This document shows positions 7,201 through 14,302 of a stretch of 20,285 nt of DNA, one piece after another; position 1 is the stretch's first letter; each line of letters starts with the position of its first letter. The notes beneath the pieces were generated by a model, which was not told the origin of the DNA, did not search any database, and was given only the letters and a program-made list of their open reading frames with translations. The translations under genes and the position numbers were made by a program. Source of the DNA: Planctomycetota bacterium. GTDB lineage: Bacteria; Planctomycetota; SZUA-567; H5-PLA8. The stretch spans positions 1 to 20,285 of the forward strand of contig BTVV01000113.1 in assembly GCA_045863855.1 (NCBI GenBank), given 5' to 3'.

Positions 7201-10200
7201 ACAGATTGTCCGCCGTAACCGCATTGGGGAAGGTCCGAGTGTTGTATTCGCGCGGTTCGAAGCGATAGCCGTACCAACCCGGGTTTTTGGGGTTGTTGGC
7301 ACCCGCCGCCGAGGCGATGTCCATCAAGGGCTCCCACAAACCTCCCGTGTCGTAGGCATACGGCTGAGATGAATCAACAATTACTCCATCGTCCCACGGG
7401 TGCGGGGGCGCTGGCGGGAAGACTGGATCACCGTTTACCCAAGGTGTGGTTGCCGCAGGCCCGACACGATTCCAATGGTGAATTGGAATAGGCAACAGCG
7501 GATTGTTAACTGAATCGTACGGAGCAGTCGCGTTGTAAATCACCATTGCCTGCATAATAGGGTTGTTGTTCTGATCGAAAGGCAATCCAAGATCCATAAA
7601 CGGTTTGATCTTGTTATCTGAATCATGCTTCATGCAGATAAAGTACGGTCGGAGGATCCAATCTTCATCCGACACATGATCAATTTCTGGTCCGTTTGGG
7701 TAAGCTATGAGATCGTTCAGGAATGGATTCGTCAGGGGATTGTACGGAATGAGCGGGTCCTCCAGAACCGGCTTCACCCATGGGTTATGGACCGGATGCC
7801 AAGGCTTACCCGGCGTGGCGGCTTCGAGGCGCAAAGCCACCCATGGATTGGTCTCCGGATCCCATTGATGGGGCCGCGGCAGGGCCGGATTCTTCAAACC
7901 CAGCATGACCGGGATGTAGTAATTCTTCTTGGCGTCGAAAGGCTGATTCGGATTGCAAAGCCGCAGTTCGCTGTCCAGGAAGCGCGATTTCCAATGCAGG
8001 TGCGGCGCCACCGAAGTGCGATTCATCATTGACGGGATCTTCTCGGGGGTCAGCAAACCGTAAATGACCGGGAAGAGGCTGACGTTCACATTAATCGCGT
8101 CGTACCACTTGGCTTCTTCAGGCAAAACGCTACGGGGGTCCACGTTGATTCCAAGAGCGTTCGGGTCTAACGGATTGCCCCAGTTTTCCTGAATGCCGTA
8201 GGCCCGAATGGCCAAGCGATAGCCGGAAAAGTTAAAGTGCGCTCCGCCAAAGCCTTGATCGTCCGTGAACTTGCGCATTGGATTGTTGTAGGTGGCCGCA
8301 GCCTTGGTGGGCGGCATGTTGCCGGGATAACGGTTGAGTCCCATATTGCGTTCGGCCGCCGAGAGCCGGCCCTTGTTCCACTTGCCGGCCATCCAGATGT
8401 GCGCCGTCGGTGGCATCCAGTGCGTGCCGATGCCGATCGAGTCATAGCTGCTGCCCACATGCGCCCAGTTGTTGTAGTTCAACCCGCTTGGATCGGGGCC
8501 GATGCCCAGCATCGAGGTATACCCCGGCGCACCGCCGAAATACCACGCCGCCATCAGGTCGGTCCAGAATCGCCCGCGCGCGACCTGCGGGACCATATGA
8601 AGCTGAAACGGCCGTCGCTTAGGATGCCCGTACACACCCGCGCCGATATAGCGGTGACGACCATAAGCCGCAGGTCGAAGGGTTCCTACTAATGCACCGT
8701 AAAAAACATCCCCAAGCGCCGCGCCTACTCCACCGCGAATAGGATCCTGGATATCAAAGCCAAAGCCTTGGAAAACCAAGTCGGGATGAAGGATCTCACC
8801 ACCGACACTACCAGTCGCATTACCGGCAATTAAGCGTCCTTCCGAAGTACCACGCCCGGTTGCGTACCAGCGATAGTAGTCCTTACGAGTATCCGACACC
8901 AGCCATTTGTCGGCGGCTCCACCGCCCATCTGCGTCCAATTGCTGTAACGGAGGGAAAATGGGTAGGTAGGAACCCACATCACATAGCGCGGCGCCTCGA
9001 AATTGTAGCGATTGGGATGCTCGGGGCTGGCGTTGTAAAAGGTAGTGGGCTCGTTCGTAAACGTTTGAGCCAACGTTCCGTAGCCGTCCATTGGCGAAGA
9101 ATTTATATCGTTCGCTGAACCGCCAGTGGTTAGAAGAGCGGCCTGGTCGCGGTTTCGCCCCCAAGGTAGCATAACCGCCGGAAACACATACACTCCGTCA
9201 TCACGGCGTTTGTTACCCATAAGTGTTTGCGCACTCCAGCTCGTGGCTGGCCCCGGATAAACGGCGCTGTTAAGCCATTCAAACTGCCGATTAGCCATCT
9301 CAGGGCGCTTGCCCAACAGATATTCCAGTGTGCGACGGTCAGGTGAAGCGTATTTGGTGCGTGTCGTAGCTACTGCAGCCTTGCCTTGGTAATCAGGTGC
9401 GATGCGCGACAGCGTCTCGTAGATCCCCGATTCTTCAACGCTAACGTCCGTGCCGCGGATGCCCTCTTCGATGCGTACTTTCTCGGGCAGGAAGACGTCG
9501 TTCAAGTTAAAGCCGCCGTCCTTGGGGGTGATGCCTACTTGGACGAATCCGTAACCCGAACCGGCGTTGACGCGGAAGCGCCGCACGCGCGCCGAAGTCA
9601 TGAATGGCCAGATGTCCGTGAGTTCCTTGGGGTCCAGCGGGTGGCGCTGCGACCAAGCCGTATCCCCCGCCTTGGCGGAAGTTCCGGGAATGAACTGGAA
9701 GCGGTATCCGAAGGGGGTGTTGTCGCCGCCCACGCCACCCAACGTCTCTTCGTTCCAGAAGAGCATCTGCCACGTGTCGAGGAAATTCCGTGCGTTCAAG
9801 GAACTGGCGACCACGTCGTGGCTGGGCGCAGGTCCTGTCATGCCCACCCCCAAATTAGTAGCCGGGGTGAGACGAATATCGTTTACGCTCGTGCGCACAC
9901 CGGTGGGCGGATCGACCATGTAGTAGGGGTTGTAGCCGTAGCGGGACGTCCAACCCACGCCGCCGTTAGACGCTTCCGCTGTGAAGTTGGGGTTGGCCGC
10001 GGAGAGCACGTTACGGTCGTCGTGCAACACGCGAAGCGCCATCTGAAACCCGGCCTCGGCCAGCGAATCCACCGCCGTGGCGTCGCGGGAATTGGCCGCG
10101 CCGATCAGTTCGATGCGACCTTGCTCGGCGAAGGATAACCCCAGCACTACTAGCACGGCCAGCATGCCCACGATGACGATGAGCACGAATCCGCGCCGGT

Positions 10201-10258
10201 CGCCGGATTGCCTGGCTTGGGACAGCACCTTCTCGGCCCATGGGGCGCTCTGCTTCAT
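4283..10258 (-). CDS. Giant (1991 aa) GspK/PilX-like minor pilin, putative tip adhesin
   Basis: GGGGAG RBS. Leader RRG|FVLIVIVGMLAVLVVLGLSF lacks Glu5, which is diagnostic of GspK/PilX. GspK-like landmarks: LAEAGFQMAL helix, DGGFNLN, INVN, ADEIMDY, PFRTWADF, RSNTFRV. It directly follows the H/I/J-like genes. Confidence 0.85.
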   Translation of the reverse strand: MKQSAPWAEKVLSQARQSGDRRGFVLIVIVGMLAVLVVLGLSFAEQGRIELIGAANSRDATAVDSLAEAGFQMALRVLHDDRNVLSAANPNFTAEASNGGVGWTSRYGYNPYYMVDPPTGVRTSVNDIRLTPATNLGVGMTGPAPSHDVVASSLNARNFLDTWQMLFWNEETLGGVGGDNTPFGYRFQFIPGTSAKAGDTAWSQRHPLDPKELTDIWPFMTSARVRRFRVNAGSGYGFVQVGITPKDGGFNLNDVFLPEKVRIEEGIRGTDVSVEESGIYETLSRIAPDYQGKAAVATTRTKYASPDRRTLEYLLGKRPEMANRQFEWLNSAVYPGPATSWSAQTLMGNKRRDDGVYVFPAVMLPWGRNRDQAALLTTGGSANDINSSPMDGYGTLAQTFTNEPTTFYNASPEHPNRYNFEAPRYVMWVPTYPFSLRYSNWTQMGGGAADKWLVSDTRKDYYRWYATGRGTSEGRLIAGNATGSVGGEILHPDLVFQGFGFDIQDPIRGGVGAALGDVFYGALVGTLRPAAYGRHRYIGAGVYGHPKRRPFQLHMVPQVARGRFWTDLMAAWYFGGAPGYTSMLGIGPDPSGLNYNNWAHVGSSYDSIGIGTHWMPPTAHIWMAGKWNKGRLSAAERNMGLNRYPGNMPPTKAAATYNNPMRKFTDDQGFGGAHFNFSGYRLAIRAYGIQENWGNPLDPNALGINVDPRSVLPEEAKWYDAINVNVSLFPVIYGLLTPEKIPSMMNRTSVAPHLHWKSRFLDSELRLCNPNQPFDAKKNYYIPVMLGLKNPALPRPHQWDPETNPWVALRLEAATPGKPWHPVHNPWVKPVLEDPLIPYNPLTNPFLNDLIAYPNGPEIDHVSDEDWILRPYFICMKHDSDNKIKPFMDLGLPFDQNNNPIMQAMVIYNATAPYDSVNNPLLPIPIHHWNRVGPAATTPWVNGDPVFPPAPPHPWDDGVIVDSSQPYAYDTGGLWEPLMDIASAAGANNPKNPGWYGYRFEPREYNTRTFPNAVTADNLYQELIAEKTAGTLADHVANAQGTTAAARTLGSYSYHRHIDPERPYMYLGKMDFFTPEPVTYTSWNATTFRGTGDIADDVFVDCHYDQALSPPVQDTAPNDTLLFSRMTCRPDFRHNWPDWFRQRVRPIPAIKNTGAFMKPDDNKVNGTLPFPEGRVPGYTGNRLQLGTAVYGANNATFNIPTTWNSPMPHALHGLPNPDYLLLYPGSGLSVHWADQFRRYMPIYTGIYPSFAGQQPGAPPLSTKLIDDDDIANTALADQQPVDPMIPVPKETGFLTEFTPFAPRISKGDAWRLTRVGRKYQELIADEIMDYQINPWWPNPVQQLPFLSSSSTDVANIAIPLNETPHRDGGVGFHDLEAHPRLGLAYTNNATNRLKNPIWTSYGDHLDNTSAVVVPDYFTTYNRYWMRGNQIYNRRFTGAMNERPFGEPYRAEEGMDIPAGGGPQPINPIESRGLYPQALQYWGQYPPGGPGATLAQASAQMDRVLDFPYNTLEDALGGDFRYLHHTVRNQTEPEMRSAPVRNHPFRTWADFVAMLGHMVYRPPLPVNVEAINANAKPYLDGTTAGTGIPGPPDTTRYYVHLRDPVLGVNAFSVCHSQPPGAVVPVDWPVDPRNYPAFFDGSKVASGPSLGPAGRGGPFVDRALADALMGFRPNAVASPRLWNKAVVAIDGHWPISGNYGAWPKTMNVDGDPVDPEGNPIALPSSLAFLYPYMPPPFQGVTTIRNWQYRVDEVRGRDAAGLRIEHHYISERAANDVLVSLSNGRIGAIDFDGDGHITMTRDARNRGVVASTAATVGTGQVVARGDFTWAHNIVPNQPYNSFWIVPRGYPYHKRIDSNNPHNWVEWENPTVASTAAGVSYDSPGTPGYGVKMKAINTSWQKANIGEVINDAVTLPIKFRSNTFRVSVVVEMTDARYQDVLTVRRYSRVYSRVPGTPTDRHVHGPYTGEFIMHGSRTMMGDVDPELFYIGASMGQ
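7495..7955 (-). repeat. Degenerate protein-level repeat [PQ]-[FYW]-[DHN]-x-x-x-N-[PY] (6 copies) inside the giant gene
   Basis: PFDAKKNY, QWDPETNP, PWHPVHNP, PYNPLTNP, PFDQNNNP, PYDSVNNP within ~155 aa. No evident DNA-level identity between copies. Confidence 0.65.
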
Positions 10259-10279
10259 GACGTACTCTCCCCGTCTGCC

Positions 10280-11494
10280 TTACTGCGGATTGCCGAACTG
10301 GAAAATGCGCGTGGCAAAGCGGTAGCCCTGCATATTACGTGGATTGCGCAACACGAATTCGACATCGAACGCGCATGGGACTCGGTCGCCGTCCGTGACC
10401 CCGAGCGTAGGCCCGCCGTTGGACAGATTCCACCCCAGCAGCGTATCGCCTTGGTCGGCCTGCGCGCTGGCCCGCTCGATCGCTCCGTTGGCCGGATTGA
10501 AGAAAAGCGGATCGATCTTGATGCGGCGAAGCAGGTTCCCGTAGCTGTGGTCGGCCCGGACCAAACCGTAGGTGGGCGTATCGAAGCCCACGATTTGGTG
10601 CCTCAGCACCGACAACTGGGTGGACTGCCGGGCTCCGTCGTCGGCGATGCTGAACTTCAAGCTGACCAGGACGATGTTCGCGTTATCGAGCGTCAACGTG
10701 TAAGGGCTGTTGAAAGCGCGCTCCTCGGCGTAGAACCAGCAGGCCACGTTGCCGCCGTCGGTCAGCGCGGCCGTACCGCCCGTGATCTTGTCGGCGTCGG
10801 CATCAAGGCGATAGTCGGGTCGCGGCCAGCCCCAGGCTCCAACGCGAACGTCGTTGAACGAGGCGAGATCCGTGGCGCTGACTCCGCTTTCGCCGCCCAC
10901 GGCATTCCTCAATCCGTAAAATGCCGGCAGCCACCAACCGCGAAAGCCGGGGTAAGTCACGGATTCGGAATGCCAATTTTGGTAGTTTGTGCTGGTACTC
11001 ATGACATAACCCAAGCTGTCCTTCCAAAAATCACCAGCAACACTGAGCGAAACGCGCTTGGCATACTGCGCGCCTGAAAACCACGGGTCGTACTTTTCGT
11101 CGCGCGTGTAGGCGAGCGCCTTACTGGTCACGTTCCCATTGGCCAAGTCGCGCTGTAAATCAGTGTTGCCCGAGGCCAGGTAGTTCTGGTCGATGTTCGA
11201 ATTGGTCGCGTCGTACACACCGCTACACCCGGTAATTCCTTTACAGATCGGCTTGATCCAGGTGCCTTTCAGCGGAATCGTTTGGCCCAGATAGGTACGC
11301 ATGTCGTTGTTGATGAACTTGGCCGTCTCGAAGACATCCGTCGTGCCCTGACTGTTCTGATACACCCTCAAACAAGCGCTGTAAATCAAAGCGCCCACAG
11401 TCATTAGCAGTACGCTGATGCCCGTCACCACCATCACTTCCACCAGCGTGAAGCCGGCCGCAACTCGACGGTGCGGGTTTCTAGAGCGCGTCAT
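10280..11494 (-). CDS. GspJ/PilW-like minor pilin (404 aa)
   Basis: Leader VAAG|FTLVEVMVVTGISVLLMTVG followed by a long amphipathic helix (AKFINNDMR). C-terminal VPCAFDVEFVL resembles the GspJ 'P.av.i.l' strand. It overlaps the upstream gene by 14 nt. Confidence 0.8.
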   Translation of the reverse strand: MTRSRNPHRRVAAGFTLVEVMVVTGISVLLMTVGALIYSACLRVYQNSQGTTDVFETAKFINNDMRTYLGQTIPLKGTWIKPICKGITGCSGVYDATNSNIDQNYLASGNTDLQRDLANGNVTSKALAYTRDEKYDPWFSGAQYAKRVSLSVAGDFWKDSLGYVMSTSTNYQNWHSESVTYPGFRGWWLPAFYGLRNAVGGESGVSATDLASFNDVRVGAWGWPRPDYRLDADADKITGGTAALTDGGNVACWFYAEERAFNSPYTLTLDNANIVLVSLKFSIADDGARQSTQLSVLRHQIVGFDTPTYGLVRADHSYGNLLRRIKIDPLFFNPANGAIERASAQADQGDTLLGWNLSNGGPTLGVTDGDRVPCAFDVEFVLRNPRNMQGYRFATRIFQFGNPQ

Positions 11495-12092
11495 ATTTTA
11501 GCCCCACACCGGAGAAGACAAAACGGAAGGTGTATTTGCGAGCGCCGCGAAAGATGCTCAGTTCGACCGTCTTGAGGTTGCTCGGCAGGGCGCCGAAATC
11601 GGCCGTGTTGTAAATGGGCGCGCCGTCGATCCGTTCGGTCCAGTCGTTGTCGCTACCGCCGGCCTCCGGAACCCACTTCGGCGTGTAATCCGAGGCTCCG
11701 GTGATGGCCCACGTATAGCCTTGGTACGCACCGCAACCGGACGTGGGCAGGTTGCCAGTTGCGCCCACCGCGCCCACTTGAAACGGCGCGTCGGCAGTGC
11801 CGGCGTAGAAGTCGCCCTTCTTGCCAGTCGTCAGGTCGGCCAACGTAATCTGGTGCCCGCCACTGACCAGCACCCCCGCGGTCGCGTCGTCGTTCAACCG
11901 GAAGCGAACCCAATCGGCCCACATATTGGCGAGGTCCTGCGAAATGATCAGTTCCTGGGCGCGCACGCGCGAATGCATCCCCGCGCTAAAGACCGCCACC
12001 ACGCCCAGCACACCCATCAGCAGGATGAACATGGCCACGATCGCTTCGAACATCGTGAAGCCCGGTGACCGAATCCTCTTCAAGTTGCGCAT
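11481..12092 (-). CDS. GspI/PilV-like minor pilin (203 aa)
   Basis: GGAGG RBS. Leader RSPG|FTMFEAIVAMFILLMGVLGVVAVF is typical of PilV/GspI; C-terminal LKTVELSI beta strand. Confidence 0.8.
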   Translation of the reverse strand: MRNLKRIRSPGFTMFEAIVAMFILLMGVLGVVAVFSAGMHSRVRAQELIISQDLANMWADWVRFRLNDDATAGVLVSGGHQITLADLTTGKKGDFYAGTADAPFQVGAVGATGNLPTSGCGAYQGYTWAITGASDYTPKWVPEAGGSDNDWTERIDGAPIYNTADFGALPSNLKTVELSIFRGARKYTFRFVFSGVGLKYDAL

Positions 12093-12144
12093 ACCGCCTC
12101 CGTCTTAAACTCGCGCCAACCACTTCGATCTGCCGGACCGACGG

Positions 12145-13833
12145 CTACGGATACGTCCCGTCGCCGCTACTTGTCCCGCCGCTCGAACTGGACACGCCGC
12201 TCGAACTCGGCGTACCCGTCGTCGTGGCCGTGCTGGTGTTCGAAGTTGAATTGGCCGACGTGTTCGACGTGCTGCTGTTTGCCGTGCTGGCGGCGCTAGT
12301 GTTGCTGTTCGAACTGCTAGAAGTCGACGAATTGGACGCCGACGTCGACGCCGTTCCCGTGCTCGACGTGCTGGCATTACTCGTACTGCTATTCGAGCTC
12401 GTGTTGCTATTATTACTGGTGTTGGTGGTGTTTCCAGTCGACGCCGTGCTGTTATTCGAAGAGTTGCTGGTTGAGTTGTTGCTCGTGTTGCTGGTGTTGC
12501 TCGAGGCCGTCGAGCTCGCAGAAGTCGAAGCTGTACCGGTGCTGGATGTGCTAGAATTCGAAGACGTGCTTGCCGTCGAATTGGAGTTCGTCGAGGAAGT
12601 GCTATTACTGGAGTTTGATGACGCCGAATTCGTCGTCGTGGAGTTCGAGAGGTCGTACGCGTCGGTGTAATCGGGCACCGCCGATTCCCCGCCTTTGCCG
12701 TAGCGCTTGGGCAGCGTCATGCTGACGTAGATCGCGCCGGTGGACCCGCCGCCCTGCCCATCCTTGCTCCCGCCGATCACCACGTAACGCTGTTCGCGCG
12801 TGACCGTATCGATGACGCGCAGGACCATGTTGCGAATCCCAGAAAGTGCCCCAGTGTCTTCCTCCAGTCCGCCTAGGAAACTCGTGTTGGGACTGGTCTT
12901 CACGCGCCCGTCGGGTTGGAAAATGGGCAAAAAGAGCGGGTACCACTCCTTGGGGAAATGTTGCTTAGTCGGATCCAACGACGGCGTCAGCAGCGCATCT
13001 TCGTAAAAGCGCCCGGCGTAGGCGTGCAGGATGCCGGCCACGCGTTCTTCGTAGGCAGCGGGCGTGTTCAGCATCGGCGCCTGGTCGACGACGATGTGGT
13101 CGGGCAAGTTGAAACCGCTGAGCGTAAAGTCGCGCATCTGCGCTTCGGTGCCGAAGGTGTAATTCGCGCCCGTACCCGAGACGACCACGTAACCGTCGGC
13201 TCCGCCGTAGTTCGTCGTCATGAAGTCAAAGGTGCCGTAGGCCGTGTTGTGGATGCCGCGGCCGACGATCTCGTACGTCCACTTCGACGAATCCCCGCGC
13301 TCCATCGCCGACGCCGGCGGCGTTACCTTCATATAGGTCATCTCGAAGTAAGCTTGGTTCGGAACCGAACCACTCAGATCCAGTGTATTCGTGCCGACCA
13401 TGTAGACGAAGGCTCCGTTGGCCAAACTCGCTCCGTCCAGCTCTTCGCGGTACATCGTCCAGGGATTCGACGCTCCGCTGTACGATTGCGGCGGCGCGTC
13501 GGTGTCGGCCAGGCTGCCGCGGAAGTTCAGCGCTCGAGCGCCGTACACGATCGTGTGCTTGCCCTTCTGGTCGCGCAGGATGATCGGAAGCACGTTCACG
13601 TTCTTGCTCATCGCATAGAACCGCGCTTCACGGAACGCCGAAACCAGCGTGTCGGCCGCGGCATCGACGCGGGAGGTGTGCGTAAACGCACCCAGCGCCG
13701 AAGCCATGATCGCCATCAGGATGACCATGATGGAAATCACGACCAGCAGTTCGGTCAGCGTCACGCCTTCTTCGCGCTCGCTCTTGCCGGATCGCACTCG
13801 CGCCTGAGTCGGCGCCAACACACGCATCAGCAT
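12145..13833 (-). CDS. GspH/FimT-like minor pilin with C-terminal Ser/Thr/Asn-rich tail (562 aa)
   Basis: GAGAGGA RBS. Leader REEG|VTLTELLVVISIMVILMAI; AADTLVSAFREARFYAM matches the GspH/FimT 'AR..A' helix; IFQPDGR matches the GspH/FimT 'F..dG' motif. Confidence 0.85.
   Translation of the reverse strand: MLMRVLAPTQARVRSGKSEREEGVTLTELLVVISIMVILMAIMASALGAFTHTSRVDAAADTLVSAFREARFYAMSKNVNVLPIILRDQKGKHTIVYGARALNFRGSLADTDAPPQSYSGASNPWTMYREELDGASLANGAFVYMVGTNTLDLSGSVPNQAYFEMTYMKVTPPASAMERGDSSKWTYEIVGRGIHNTAYGTFDFMTTNYGGADGYVVVSGTGANYTFGTEAQMRDFTLSGFNLPDHIVVDQAPMLNTPAAYEERVAGILHAYAGRFYEDALLTPSLDPTKQHFPKEWYPLFLPIFQPDGRVKTSPNTSFLGGLEEDTGALSGIRNMVLRVIDTVTREQRYVVIGGSKDGQGGGSTGAIYVSMTLPKRYGKGGESAVPDYTDAYDLSNSTTTNSASSNSSNSTSSTNSNSTASTSSNSSTSSTGTASTSASSTASSNTSNTSNNSTSNSSNNSTASTGNTTNTSNNSNTSSNSSTSNASTSSTGTASTSASNSSTSSSSNSNTSAASTANSSTSNTSANSTSNTSTATTTGTPSSSGVSSSSGGTSSGDGTYP
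12148..12650 (-). repeat. Low-complexity S/T/N/A/G coding tract (~170 aa)
   Basis: Translation such as SNSTTTNSASSNSSNSTSSTNS...; the block STSSTGTASTSAS occurs twice with different synonymous codons. Confidence 0.9.
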
Positions 13834-14302
13834 GGTCCAAATCCTCTCATATCCGTCGCCCGTACCGGGTTATCGCGTCAGCAACAGGTCGCGCCAAGCA
13901 TCCAGGTCCAGACAGGGAATTTTCGGGTCCTGCGAATCGCGCTCTTAGCTTTTCCGTAACCCATTTATACAAAAAGACTTAGTTAATTCTGGCGCGTGTA
14001 CGACAGTCACTTTCCGCAGCTTTCCGCACTCGTGCATTCGGCGCTTCGGTATCGGATTCGTTTCCTTTAACGGAGGAAACTGGCTTCCGGACATCCAGCC
14101 CCTACCAAAGGCGCAGGAATCAGGCGCATCCTTATAGAGTGTTCTCAGGCAGGGGCGGCCTACCAGGATTCCCCAAAAGGGAGTATGAACCCCGCTGCGT
14201 CAGCCCACCTTCCTTCGGTCGAGGCGCGGTAGCCTCGCGCTAGGAGGAAGCGCTCGGGCGTTTTACGAGCGCTCCAGCCCGGTCCCCGATAAGCTGACCC
14301 GC
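13834..14302. promoter_or_regulatory. Divergent promoter region (pilin cassette <- -> glycosyltransferase operon)
   Basis: 469-bp gap between divergent starts. It has an AT-rich core at 13945-13990, a direct repeat CTTTCCGCA at 14010 and 14020, a minus-strand TATAAG at 14136-14131, and hairpins at 14060-14080, 14220-14237 and 14249-14273. Confidence 0.6.

Noticed and set aside
4283..10258. Diversity-generating retroelement or shufflon acting on the giant gene
   Set aside because: No reverse transcriptase or recombinase in the window, and I saw no near-identical template/variable repeat pair or recombination sites. A remote template cannot be excluded without a genome-wide search.
12065..12670. 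201-aa Leu/Val/Glu-rich plus-strand ORF resembling a membrane protein
   Set aside because: It is the in-register reverse complement of the Ser/Thr/Asn tail, with no independent support.
13881..13897. Sigma54-like TTGGCGCGACCTGTTGC upstream of the pilin operon (minus strand)
   Set aside because: GG-to-GC spacing is 11 nt rather than the strictly required 10 nt.
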